NCBI GenBank assembly: GCA_009103225.1
Contig: RHPI01001037.1
Location: forward strand, 372,001 to 436,000
Origin: Chlorokybus atmophyticus
Taxonomy: Eukaryota; Plantae; Mesostigma and Chlorokybus algae
Length of the DNA stretch: 64,000 nt
Direction of reading: 5' to 3'
Made by a program: the position numbers and the translations under genes. Under the pieces are notes generated by a model. The model was not told the DNA's origin, made no database searches, and saw only the letters and a list, made by a program, of their open reading frames with translations. Positions 1 through 12,771 of the stretch are shown piece by piece; the first letter of the stretch is position 1; each line of letters begins with the position of its first letter.

Positions 1-1697
1 CATGTCAATCAGTTAAATTCACCGCTGCAGGTGGTCCGGTTGTCCATATCCTCTGCCTCAGCTTGCTGCCACTACTGCACGCACTTGCACGCATACGCAT
101 GCACGTGGTGTAGTGGTGGGCTAGGTAGCTTGCATTGAGCTGAGCATCTGTCAGATACACCCCCCGGCCAAATTGTAGACCTAATTCCGTTGCGTTCCTA
201 CTTTGCATATGTTTTATATACTATTGCATGTACTATGATACCGTATACAATTCAAACGCGCATTGCTCCTTAACGGACATGCGTTGCTACACATGTACAT
301 CGCAATGTTAGCGGAGCTACATTGTATGACGTTACATCCCTAAACATGGTGGACCATATGCTTAAGCCTAATTCTCGCTAAAGAGGTGACTTTCCCAACG
401 TTTCGGAAATTGTGCATTAGGTGTCAAGTGCCAATGGCTATGAATTTGTCTTTTATGGACGTCATGTTGTTTTCTTTGAAACGACACAACCATCTCCTCA
501 TGAACCAATTTGAGGATGTTGCATAAATCATAGGACATTGACGGGATGAGAATACAAGCAAACATCTCAACTCAAAATGAGACCAAAAACATTACTCACC
601 AACCGGACAACACATGTATACACTTCAACAAAATAAGCTCAACCATGCATGACATCAGCGGCAGGGCAGCGAAAAGCTTTAGCTACAGAGTCGTGGAGGA
701 GCGGAGCATATGGCAAAGTAAAGCATGAACTCGTGTTGTGGTGATTGCCTTGCATGCTACCATCTGAGCTTTACACAATGAATACAATCGAGGCTTCCCA
801 ATGACATGTTGCACATGTTGCATATGCTTGATGGCCCTAAGTACAAGATTAACAACTGTTAACTGGTATTGTCTTATAAGTGTGTGCCATAACATATGGC
901 CCCAAAAGAGTATCAGAATTATTGTAACGTTGGTGTAAATGTATTACACAATACACATATAAACGCTTTTATGCGTTTAATCAACCATGTAACATGGTTT
1001 GGTGCAACATGTTACATGTTACGGTTTGACTCAGTTTATATCCAGATGCACATGATTATCCAACCACTATGCAACTTTGAAGGCATTAAGATAACTTGCG
1101 AATAACAAGACATCTGCGTAACATTATAACGTGATAATGTATGGTAAGCTTACCATTTTCCATCTTATGAGGTATTACGTGATGAATTGTTTACGATGTT
1201 ACAAATGTACGAATGGCAAAGGATTGTCGGGTGGAGACATCAATCTATCTTGTACAACCACACAACACTTTCTCGTCAGTTGCTTTATAGTGCAGAGCCG
1301 TGTTGTCACTCGCTTCGGCCAAAGGCACAGTTGTTGCATGTACACTTTACAATCCAGAGCCACTCATGGACTATTAGTTCAGAACTACAACCTGCCCATG
1401 AATCATGGGGGGGGCAGCCATGATGCCATCAACCAGCTTCCCCCGAATGCGTTCCGTTTCTCAAGCTGACTCAGCGCAATGGCTTGCGCACTTGGGCAGG
1501 GCAGGCTGCTAAGCTGATTGGCATTCCGCGTTCTTTTGTCAGCTAGGCGCCACTTCTGCAACTGCGTTTTCCCCAAGCACATTGCCAAGCACGTCGGTGG
1601 CCTCGTCCTGCGCCGGGAGCAACGCCCCCCCTCGTCGCTCGCGGCAACGCAGCACTTTCGCTCCCCCCGGGACGCCCAGGGGATAACCACCACGGCG

Positions 1698-2851
1698 ATG
1701 GCGGCAGCGAACACGGTGCGCGGGGGCAGGGGTGAATGGCTTGCTTGCCAGTTCGGCATGCCGGGCCAGGCCTTGCATGAGTGGTGTTGAGTAGTGTGTA
1801 CGCAGAGTAGAGACAAACCGTTTGTGTACATTGCCCTCTTCTCGCTCACTCTCGTTCTCATCTCGTGCTCAGAAGTTGCCGTACCCGCCTCCTCAGCAGC
1901 AGCTTGGTCCGTCTCAAGCGCCTGCTCGAGCCGGCGGCGTTCCAAACCTGCAGCCGCAACCCTCGCACCAGACCGTCGCTCTGTCGGTGCTGGGCGGCAA
2001 GCACGACCAGGTGAGACCAAACACTGCGTGCTGTGTGGTTGTCAGGGAATGCGCTTGATTGCGGCAATGCTCTATGCATTTCGCAGCAGTTGCAGCTACA
2101 TGCAGTGTGGCAGTGTACCATACAACCTGCAGTGTGATGGTTTGAACAGCAACATCAATCCAACCATGCGTTTGCCAATTCAGGTGCTGTATGACATCAA
2201 GCCCGCGGCCATCCAAAGGTGGTGGCAGTGCCTGCTGTCAATACTGACCCTCGGCCTGTTCTGGCTGCTGCTGTGGGTAGCACGCTGCCACACACGTTAC
2301 GTCATCACCTCAGGTCAGTACAACCAATCCCACTCGCAATGAGCAGACGGCACACGCAGAAGAAGTACCCAATCGCTACCTGTGTCTCCGCACTTGATGC
2401 TTGTATAGATTGTTTTGTATTCATTCTGTCTTCTAGGATGCAGCTGTCAGGCAAGAGAATGCTTCATGTCGCCTGCGACGTCATGCATTGATGAAATGTG
2501 TTCGCTAACCGTCGCAGAACGCGTGGAAGTCTCGATGGGGTCGTGCGTCCGCAGGAGAAAAAGCTACGAACTGCACCGCATTTATGAAGTGGAGGTGAGC
2601 AGGGCTGAGTCGTGGTATGGTACGGTATGACAAGTAGCTGTGAAGTGAGTGAAACTGACTGTCAAGCATTACGTACTTGCGTGTGGTGCCAGCTGGTGGA
2701 GCCGTGCGAGATGATGTGTTGCGGTGCGGGCAACATCAAGATGAAGCTCCGGGGCGGACACGACTCCGAGACCGAGCTCGAACTGCGCGGGGTCACACAA
2801 GTATCACAAGTGTATGAAGCGCTGCGGGCTGTCGCGTCCCGCAACAGTTAG
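1698..2851 (+). CDS. Small membrane protein with a bacterial-type PH domain (bPH_2/YdbS-like), about 5 exons
   Basis: Spliced model: MAAANT|KLPYPPPQQQ...GGKHDQ|VLYDIKPAAIQRWWQCLLSILTLGLFWLLLWVARCHTRYVITS|ERVEVSMGSCVRRRKSYELHRIYEVE|LVEPCEMMCCGAGNIKMKL...ASRNS*, with GT/AG junctions. A hydrophobic helix followed by RY.IT.ER....G...R....EL.RI..V matches the bPH_2 pattern as I recall it. Confidence 0.6.
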
Positions 2852-4067
2852 CAGATGCATCCGAACACAGGCTGCGTGGCTCAGGTGGGGACGCCAGCGT
2901 CACACCTGGGCTTACCTCTGCTGCTTTACTTCTGTACATACTTCATGCCCAATCTTGCACACATCCTGAGCTATCTCATTGTCTGCCATCAGTAATGAGT
3001 TCAGCACGCTGCCGCCCTGGTGCAACTTGCCAATGGCACTACTAGATTCAGTAAGGTACTTAGTTTTTGCACTGTTCTCTTGCAACTTGCATGATTTCCC
3101 CATTCGGGTTCTGCAGGGCGAGTCCCCTTTTTGGGGTGGTAATGTGGTGTGGGGTGGGTGCTGGTTTTTAGATAGTTGCTCGGCGACGTTGCAGCGTGGA
3201 ATGGCCTTCTTGCAGAGTTTGTATGCTATCATGTATATATGCGTAACGGCATGCGACTCAGCAATTGTTTTGTTTCATGGGTAAGACAACTTCTACTATA
3301 GAGAAGGGTTGAAGAGGAGAAGCTATCACATAGCTTGGTGGTGTTAGGTGAGTGTGCGCGTGTGCACTGACCCAAATCATAACTAGGTGTGTGTGGCTAA
3401 AGTTGTGTGCCTGCGACTGTGTGTTTGTGTGTGATAGTTGTTGTGTGAGTTGTAAACCTTGCTGCTTGTGATGATGCATTAGTCATTGTAAGCATGATCA
3501 CGTGCAAAGCGCAATCAACTTGCATGTGCTTTAAAGCCACACAAACTCTATCATGGATTCACAAGCATTCAAACATACTATACGGCCATGCCTATCCTTG
3601 TACACCAACATGCACGCACATCACTGTGCGGTAACTACGCGCATGCGTCTAATGGGTTGAAGGGCAGTTGCGAAGCTAGGTAGGTGGGTGCTGTGACTGC
3701 TATACGCAAAAAGAAATGCTATAGCCCGGGAGTGGCTGTGATGTGTAAACCTTGTAGTGTACAAAAGATTTCATGCTGCATATGTGCTTATATGTCCTAT
3801 GCATGTGTCGCGCTGGCAAAATGGCAAAAGCAGCTGCTTCGTACTTTTTAGACACGCAAGTCCAGATAGAGCAGCAGCTCTGAGTGTGGCGTGCTTCACC
3901 CACCACGTGGCAACCAGTAGACACACTAGAATACATCAGCACGGCACGAATGGGTGCCCAAGTCTGGTCTACACCACGCTGCAGCTTGGCCAAGCGCAAA
4001 CCTAACATTACAAACTGTCACAGTAGCAAGCCATACACTTAATTTATTCTACTGCTACAGCATTCTA

Positions 4068-7000
4068 CTAATCATGCGTGCGCCGATCAATGACAGCCCT
4101 GGCAAGGATCTGCATCAGTCCCCCGTGCTGCTCCCTCGACAATCCGGACACGTCTGGTGCCGCGGTCGGGTGCACGCTGCTGGAGTTCAGTCCATAGCCT
4201 GCACTGCCACTCGGGGCTGCAGGCCGCATCCTGAAATTAGTTGAGCGAATGCGCTGTAGCAATTCACCTGTTGCACAAACGACAGTTCGGTCAGGGGACA
4301 GAACTCGGCTGGCTCATTCAGTGTCTGGTGTTGCTAGAAAGTTGTCCACAGGCGTATCATGACATGTTCATGCATGGTCTGCGTACCTTGCTGCTCAGAG
4401 CCTGTTGAGTCCCCTCGGTGTGGTTTGGTCGCGTTGGGTGAGGCAGCACTGGGTGCGTGCTGGGGTGCAGGTTGCGCTGGTGCGATGTCATGCAGAAGGA
4501 CTTCATCCGAATCATTTGACGTTGTCACTGGCATCTGCGACACGCTCACACTCCCTCGCAGAACCGTCTTTTCCAACCATCTCAGGGACATCTCATCAAC
4601 CTCATCGGGAGAAAGGTTGGTCTTGTCACCATCCCGACCTGGCCCATTCTCAGTTGACACCTCTTCTCCAATGGAATGAATGGAGTCATCTACAGACTCA
4701 TCTCTGTAGTCCGGATGCCACGGCGGCACTGGCGCAGATACCTTCTTCTTTTTGCCACTTGAGGCCGGCTCAGCACGACTGCTTTTTGTTGCCGATCCCG
4801 GTGCGGGTGAGGCAAACATGTCCTTGGAGCCCTTGTCCTTGTGTTTAGAAGAGTCCAATGGAGTCTGCGGCCCCGAGAGAGACGGCGTTGGACTCATCTC
4901 TCCAGACTCGCTGACCGGACTCTTCACGGGCTCGCAGTAGCGCGACACGTGCTGGTTGGACCCCCTCGGAGGCACGGCTATGACGGGCACCTGAAAGGGG
5001 GATCCATCCGACGTGATGCTGCTGCGCTTGCCCTTGTCCTGATCCACACCTCTTTGTGCAGGCAGCTCTGCGGTGAGTGGTTGCGTGTATTTGTGGGGCT
5101 TGTGAGAGCTGTCTGGGTTGGGTACGCTTGAAGCCGAGTCTGTTCGGCTGCTTCTGCGCGAGGTGACGGGCGTGCTGTTGGCACTGCTGGCCTGACTGGC
5201 ATTGGCATTGGCATGGGCGCGATGTTGGTGTTCGCTGTCATCGTCTGCTGCCAGCAGCATCTGTACCACAAATGCGGCGTCCTTGGCCTCCAACGCTGGC
5301 GCGTTCATCTCTGCTAGCTTACTATCAAGTGAGGCCAGCAGAGACTGCCAGTCGGGAGGCAGGTCCTGCAGCTGCAACGCAACACATAGAGAGTTTGAGA
5401 CCTGGGCATGGCACTTGTGCATCCACAACACTACCACGTAATAAATTGTAGCCAAGCCCATATCACATCGATGTTGATGCAAAGATGACGAGGTAAGAGG
5501 TGCAAGAGCAGTAGTGTCACGAAACAGCAATGTGTGAGGTTGTGGCACCAACCTCAAACTGAGCATTGCCCGATGACGCATACACAAATGTTTTCGCCTC
5601 AGCATCCCAGCCGAAGTGTGCCTGTGGACAATGTGTCTCGGTCAATGACCCGCCACACGTGAATTTAAGAACAGCAACCCCTAGCTCTGACCCCTTTCAG
5701 CCTGTGCAACGTGACCCACCTCTTGCTTGACATTCATGGGCAAACTAACAACGTATCCCTCATGTTCTGCGCCATCAGCAAGGCTGGGCAACTCGCGGCT
5801 GATCTTGCGCCTGTCTGCTGAGGACACGACGAGCGGGGCGGATTTGCTGACATGCTGGTGGCCTTCAGCAAACAGTTGCGTGAGGGCTGCGTGATGCTGC
5901 GCATTGGCCGTAAGGATAGTCCTCGGGAATGTGAATTCCACACTTTTGACCGCATGACTCAATTGAGAAACACTCTCCTCATACTTGGCCTTGGCAGCTT
6001 CAAGGTGTGGGATGACCTGTTGGAGCCAAACACATCACAACCGGTGCTGTTATTGGAACTACTGCGGCCAGTTAATGATTGTCACCTCATCGATGCCATC
6101 CGTCGAGTTCTTCTTCGATTTCTCTCGCATTCTGGATCGCCACATGTCATAACGTTGCCTGCCATGGAAACAAGCTTGTTGCTTCAAGGTACTTTAACAC
6201 GCTTACATTGCATGACGCTTGTCAACATGGCAAATTTTGTCATTGGCGTTAAGCGTCTCTTGCACAGCACAGGTATGTACCTCTTGTCATCATAGCGGCG
6301 CTTGAGAGCTTCCACGTCTTCAACATCCTGCATGAAGTTCTTGCAAGGGCTGCAGATGGTCCTTGTCACGTAAGCACTCTGTCACAGATTGCCTGCCTCA
6401 ATATCATGGCCAAAACCACCAGGTCAAGTGCTGACACACGCACATGACCGCCACTTACATAGTCATCAGTTAGGCGAGCCAACTCTTGTTGCATGTGTAC
6501 CAGGTTCTTGATAACAGCTGCTGCATCAGCAAAATCAGCAAATGTTAGCCAGATGCTTTGAACCAAAGCCTCTGCTTGTATAATGTGCGACACTTGCACT
6601 TCAGCAAGCGGCCCCCTTCATAGGTTTAGCATCAATGCACACGGCACCAATGCAGTCGTTAGCACTGCTTGCAAGAACTCACCAACATCATGATCACCAG
6701 AATGAGCAAAGTTAGCCATCAGGTAGGTTGCCATATCGCGCCAGGACTCAGCCATCTCTGCCAAGTAGCAACACAAAGGTCAACCAGGTTTATTGACTAC
6801 AACGCTTTCTAATAGTGTATGCTCGCTGCACACGAGAGGAACAAGAGCTGCAATGTGTTGAACAGCACCGCTTACTTGTAGCTCGCTTCCTTGTGCGGCT
6901 TGCAACCCTCACCAATCCGTCACTTTGTTTGTTCATATGCCTTACATTCTGTGCACAACTTACAAATTCAGTCGTGCTTTAGCTGGGCTGTGCGCTCAAA

Positions 7001-7683
7001 ACGGTAGTTAAGCTTAATGAGGGACAATGCAACGGCAAGGTGACGTGAACGCAGCTGGCCATTCAGGTAGGCCGTTCTTGCTAGCACACTGGTGCGTAAC
7101 TTCGCCTTACACATATCATCCGCCGCCGTATACCATGTACACATTCAGGGATGTCCATGCCGCATGCACACTACAGTGCAGGGCAGCCACCTCATGTGCA
7201 TGCCACGCACTGATTTGCTAAATTACTTTCTTCAAGCAGATCTAGTCTTCTGTTGACAGGACAGCTGTAGAGAGCATCAGCTCTCATGGCTTCAGCCAAC
7301 GTTCTTGTGCTCTGTGCGAGGGTGGTGACACCCCCAAGCAACGTGACACAAGCGTCGCCAGCCAGCGCACCGAGAAGTCTCTGACATTTAGTTAATTGTG
7401 TGTGTCGTGTACAGACAAGCGCAGCAAGCCAGCACCTGCATGCGGTGGTGGAAGTCTTCCAAGTCCTCCATCCGCTCCGCCGTGCCCAGGCGCTCGCCAA
7501 TGCGCTGCTTGGTCAACCCGGTGAAGTTGCGGAAGCTCTTCATCTTGCCGCCGTATACAGTGCCCTTCACAAGCGCTCTGGTCCGACTCACCTCACCTCA
7601 CCTCACCTCACGGCGTCCAGCTCCTCCTCGTTGTCGCCTCCGCCACCGCCACCGCCGGCGACCCCTTCAACGCCGTCAAGCAT
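4068..7683 (-). CDS. BAR-domain protein (endophilin/amphiphysin-like N-terminus) with a long Ser/Pro-rich disordered C-terminus; multi-exon, both ends uncertain
   Basis: Exons encode MKSFRNFTGLTKQRIGERLGTAERMEDLEDFHHRMQ, ICSPCKNFMQDVEDVEALKRRYDDKR and LKAAKAKYEESVSQLSHAVKSVEFTFPRTILTANAQHHAALTQLFAEG. These resemble BAR helices 1-3. A large S/P-rich exon lies within ORF 4334..5605. Confidence 0.55.
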
Positions 7684-8218
7684 GCTGCCGCTCACTGCCA
7701 GCAGCCAGCAGCAAGCTGCCTGCGCACGGGGCCCAGAGAACGATCCCGATCCCCCGCAGTGCTTTCGGGCTCTCTCGATACGGTTCCTAACGGTCCGATT
7801 GCTAGAAAGTGCGCTGTAATTCCCGCGCGGATTGCGGGTCTTACAGTTGCAGCCGGATTTGCCGGCGAAGCGAGTTAGGTGACCGGGGTTGAGACCGGAG
7901 GAATGGGCACGCGCCAGCATGAGAGCAGGTGGGGTGATGCCCGCCTGCGACTATTGCGCTAAGGCTGCAGTGCGCGGTCGTGACACACTGGCTCACGTGA
8001 CCGTTTGCTCGCTCCCGGTTGCCAACGACACGTGTCGCCGTCAGCCTGCGTGCGTCACGTGCTGCAATGCTGACGTCTAATGCACTACTACTAGGCGGCC
8101 TAGTCTAGGCCTACTACCCTGTAGGCCCTTTGGCCACTGCACAACTACTGACTGAAATTTCAAGTACCAGGTACATGAATCGAAAACCTTCCCTTCTTAA
8201 CCTTTTGTCACCGGAATA

Positions 8219-8423
8219 CAGTAGAGACACTTACATTACAACCCACACTCGCTTTAGCGAACATATAACGAACATATTATTTTTCAACTCAACCTTTCAC
8301 TATCATGACCACAAAAGCAAATGCATTGATAGCATGGTTGATAAGGCCTGTAATACCTTAACAAAGTTATAACCCAAGGCATGTAGTAATTATTTTTGGG
8401 CTGTAATGTATGTGTCTCTACGG
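8219..8423. mobile_element. 205-bp Tc1/mariner-type MITE
   Basis: About 29-bp terminal inverted repeats (CAGTAGAGACACTTACATTACAACCC vs reverse complement CCGTAGAGACACATACATTACAGCCC). TA flanks both sides (8217-8218 and 8424-8425). No ORF. Confidence 0.7.
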
Positions 8424-9120
8424 TAGCTCCTGAATTGAGAGTCTTGAATAGCCACGACAACGGATGATTGACACAGTTGCCCCAACATGGAACTGTAAAA
8501 TAGCCTGCATTGATATTGTCGACAACAGCGACACAAGTGATTTGTATTATTATGTACACATAGATAGCATATACACATAGATAGCATATACACATGTGCA
8601 CACGTGCACGTACAAATATATACAGTTAGATGTCGNNNNNNNNNNNNNNNNNNNNNNNNNNNNNNNNNNNNGGGGGGGGCCCGAAAGAAATAATGGAAAA
8701 GTATGTGACCAACGCTGTTTATAAATGCACCTATACATGAATGAATGTATAGTTGCATGACCCTCTACAGCAAAATTGCGAAAGTGTTAAACAATATTAT
8801 TTATTTAAGCATACGATGGTTACGAGTGTGATTGCATTGCATTTAATCATTTCCTCACAAATGAAATGTTACACCATTCAATAATCTAGCCGCAACTATT
8901 ATAATTATTTGATTTTTTTTTTCTTTTAGAGAACGATCGTTGCTAGTGTCTTAAGAGCGATAAAATGAATGGGATCCTACAATAATCTAACTGGGAAAAT
9001 GTGTAATGGTATTTACTCATCAAAGCATGCATTTAAAATCATGTTACATGGCACAATTTATTAATGCTTGTATAATATAATTTTCACATGCCAACTTGTT
9101 AATGCATATTGTAAAAGCAT

Positions 9121-9371
9121 TGTAAGAGTTGAATCTGTCGGGTCGAAGGGAGTCGAGGGTCACGCTGTCTCGGACAGCTGCATGGACAACCATGCTTGCT
9201 GGACATGCTGCTGCGCCAGCTGCGTAACGCGCAGCAAAAACAAAAGATGACCCCACCCCTCATGGTGACAAGTGCTCTGTGCAGCTGGTCTGCTGCTGCT
9301 GGGTAGTACGGGCAGGTGGAGTCGGTGTTCTCCCTAGTGTACATGCTGTGCTGTAGCACACAAAGTCAACA
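9121..9371 (-). repeat. Putative 3' LTR (251 bp, TGTTGA...CTTACA on the minus strand)
   Basis: Begins with TG immediately after the purine tract AGGGGGGGTGGCT (minus strand, 9372-9384) and ends in CA. I found no full-length matching 5' copy in the window. Confidence 0.45.
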
Positions 9372-9421
9372 AGCCACCCCCCCTGGGCTCTAGGGGAGGT
9401 TCCAGCTCCAGAGCTCAGCTG

Positions 9422-9793
9422 CTAGCGCAAGTGAGGAGGGCCGTTGGTACGGCAATCGTCGCACCAATACTCCTCCATAGGTATCGCGTCCAAAGGTGGC
9501 TCCAAACAGTAGCAATGCAGGCCCTTGTTGCAGCCATCGCAGAGCATCATGAGTGCGTCGTCACCGGCGCTGCCGCAGCGTTCACAGCGTGTGCTGCGCG
9601 CGGGACGAGGGTGCTGGATACGCCCGAAGCCGGCTACGTAAGGAAGGTGACATGGCGCACAGTTCACCATGTTGTCCTTCAACCTCTCTCCGTTTTGACC
9701 AAGGAGGTCCAGCACCCCTGTGGGGTACACTTTGAGTACCTTGTAGACGGTGCGGCCTACAGAGGTGTCAAGCGTGTCTTTGGTGGCTGCCAT
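9422..9793 (-). pseudogene. Integrase C-terminal module plus C4HC3 PHD finger (retrotransposon)
   Basis: CERCGSAGDDALMMLCDGCNKGLHCYCLEPPLDAIPMEEYWCDDC is a canonical PHD. Restoring one G in the G-run at ~9810 joins it to the integrase ORF (RRFQAGDFAYRMAATKD). Confidence 0.9.
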
Positions 9794-12771
9794 GCGATAG
9801 GCAAAGTCCCCGCTTGGAACCGCCGTTGGCGCTCCTTGTAGAAGCCGCTGCGTACGCGCTCGTAGCGCAGCGTGTCGCGATGCTGCGCGATGCGCAGGTT
9901 GTTGAAGGCCATGGGGACGGTGCGCTCGAAAAGCGCGGCGCGCGTGGTGATGTCGTGGTGCATCCAGTCAGGGTTGTCGAGGTTGTTCACGACGCGATCC
10001 ACCTCCTGCTGCGCACGGAAGGGGAGCAATGGTGGTCGCTCGAACAGCAGGTAGTACGGGCTGTACTCCCGCAGAGCCGCCTGCTTTGACAATCGATATC
10101 CGAGGGCCACCCACGGGAGGTGGTCATCCCAAGTGTTCTTCTCGTACTCCAGCACGTACTTGCGGAGTGCCTTCTTGATGGTCTGCACTGCACGCTCGGC
10201 GAGACCGTCGGCTTGAGGGTGATCACGCGAGGTATGGCGGTGGTCGATGTAACATTTGTCCAAGAGGATGTCAAATTCCCCTTTGAACTCAGTACCTTGG
10301 TCAGTGATGACCTCGGCACAGCTGCCAAATCGGCTGACAACGTGAGAGAGGAAGGCTTGAGACACCCCCCTGCTGCTCTTATCGGGTAACGGTACCAGCT
10401 CCACCCATTTGGAGAAGTGCTCGATCATGACCAGGATGTAACGGTTGCCACGTGCTGAGGGTGCCAAGTCCCTCAAGATGTCGAGCCCCCATCGGTAAAA
10501 GAGACCGGAGATGGGGAGTGGGTGCAAGGTGGCGCTACGCGTGTTTAGGCTGGCGCGCACCATGTCACACTGCTGGCAGTGGCTGAAGAACCCCTGCACC
10601 TGTTTTGTTAACCCATACCACCAATATTGTGCCCGCACTAGGCTAACTGTACGCTTGACACCGAAGTGTCCAAGCTCAGTGTGGAGGGAAGTGATGATGC
10701 CCTCGCGCGTGACCGGTGTCGGCACTTCCTTGTCTTCGTCGTGGAAGCGGCGATACAGCTTGTCACCTGCCCATCGATAGTGACGGGTGCGTTGGTTGAC
10801 TCGGTCCTTCTCTCGGGCGCTCATGCCGGAGGGAAGCTGGCCACTTTGAAGAAAGGAGAGTGATGGCTTGTCCTGCCATATGTCCTGCCTGGTGTCAGTG
10901 GGCGCCAGCTCTGTGTTATCGACGTCAATGTCGGCTGCGTGGGCGTCTCCCAAGGGTGTGGTTGCCGCAGGGCCGGTAGGCTCAAGGGCAGGAATTTCCT
11001 CTGCCACTGCTGAGGCCGTGGTGTTGGTCTTGCGCCCTGAGCGCAACGCGGCAGCAGCAAACATGGCTGCCATGGTGGGGGCTGTTGCTGCAGGGACGAG
11101 CTCATGCCGAGCTCCAGTTGCGTCGTTGGTGCTGAGGTGAGGGTTGCGACTGAGGCCATCGGCGTCTTGGTTGGTGAGGCCAGCGCGGTGGTCGATCTCG
11201 AAGTCATATTTCTGCAACAGCAGGGCCCATCGAGCAAGTTTCCCTGTCAGATGTTGGTTGGTCATCAGCCACTTGAGGGGCTGATGATCGGTGATCAGTT
11301 GGAACTGTCGACCAAAGAGGAAAGGTCGGAAGAAGGAGATGGCCCACACTGCAGCGAGGCACTCCCCTTCGTAGCTGCTGTAGTTGGCCTCGGCGCTGTT
11401 GTTGCTTCGGCTGGCGTATGACACCACCCGCTCCTTCTTGTTCTCATCGTGCTGCACCAGCACCGCTCCCATCCCCAGCTTGCTCCAGTCGGTGTGAAGG
11501 ATGAAAGGCTTGGCGTAGTCCGGACGACGTTGAAGGATGGGAGCGGTGGTGAGCCTGCTCTTCAGCTCCTCGAAGGCCTGCTGTTGCGGCTTCTTCCATG
11601 TGAACTCCACCTCCTTCTTCAGTAGCTCGTTGAGGGGCCTTGCGATCTTCGCGAAGTCCTTCACGAACCGGCGATAGTAGTTGGCAAGTCCCAAGAAAGC
11701 GCGCAGACGTGTGAGGTCTGTCGGGGCAGGGATAGCTGCCAGAGCCTCTACTTTTGCCTGCTGCACATACACACCATGGGGCACAATCATGTGTCTTAAG
11801 TACGGCACCTTGTGGGTGAAGAAGGTACACTTGTCGGGGTGTACGGTCATCCCCACTCCCTTGAGTCGTTCCAGCACCGCTTCGATGTGCTGAAGATGCT
11901 CCTCGTTGCTGCAGCTGAAGATGAGGATGTCATCGATGTAGCAACGCGCGCAGTCCAGCCCCTTCAAGGCCTTGTCCATGACGCGTTGAAACTTGGGGGG
12001 GGCATTTTTCAGCCCGAACGGCATTACCTTCCATTGGTACAACTGTCGGTTGCCCCAGAAGGAGGTCTTGTGCTTGTCCTCGTCCTTGATGGCGATTTGG
12101 TTGTACCCTTTACGCATGTCCAGGATGCTGAAGATTGTGCAGTCTCCCACATCATCAAAGATACCCTCGGCTGTGGGCATGGGGTACCTGTCTTGCTTGG
12201 TATTGTTGTTGAGGGGGCGGTAGTCGCCACACATGCATCGCTCTGTCCAGTTGCCTGCTGAATCCTTCTTCAGTGGCATGACGGTTGCTGCTGCGAAGTC
12301 CGATGTGGACTCTTCAATAAGGCCTGCATCAAGCAGCGCCTTACATCTCTGTTCCACCAGGTCCTCTTCCAACTTGGAGAGCCTGTATTGCCGCCCGAAC
12401 ACCGGTTCTGTGTCCACCAGCTCGATGTCCATCTGGTACACTGAACATGTACCCAATTCCTTCACATTGAAGCTGAATTGGCTCCTCCACTTGTTGAGGA
12501 GAGCCTCCAGCTTCTCTCGAGTGTCTTTTGTGGCCAACGGGCCAATGGCATGGTCCCAGGAGGTTGCATTGGCAACCACGGGAATGTCCTCCACCGTCAC
12601 TGCTGCTTGCTCCTCCATGTGGACCACCTCGAGGGCTGTGTGAGCTGCCTTGGTGTCGGCAACGCGATCAGCCCACCCCCCAGCCAAGTGTGCGAGATCC
12701 TCGAAGGACACGTGGCGGTCCTGCAATACAAAGCTCAGCTGCAGCAGCCATACCATGCTGTTCTGGTCCAT
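9757..12771 (-). pseudogene. Reverse transcriptase - RNase H - integrase (Gypsy pol)
   Basis: RT: MCGDYRPLN, LDMRKGYNQI, MPFGLKNAP, CYIDDILIF. RNase H: HTDWSKLGMGAVL, YEGECLAAVWA, ITDHQPLKWL. Integrase: HTELGH...CQQC, WGLDI, TDQGTEF, GLAERAVQTIK. Confidence 0.97.

Noticed and set aside
2912-4010. Additional downstream exons of the BAR gene (ORFs 2912..3232, 3700..4008)
   Set aside because: I could not establish phase-consistent splice junctions or homology, so they are left unassigned.
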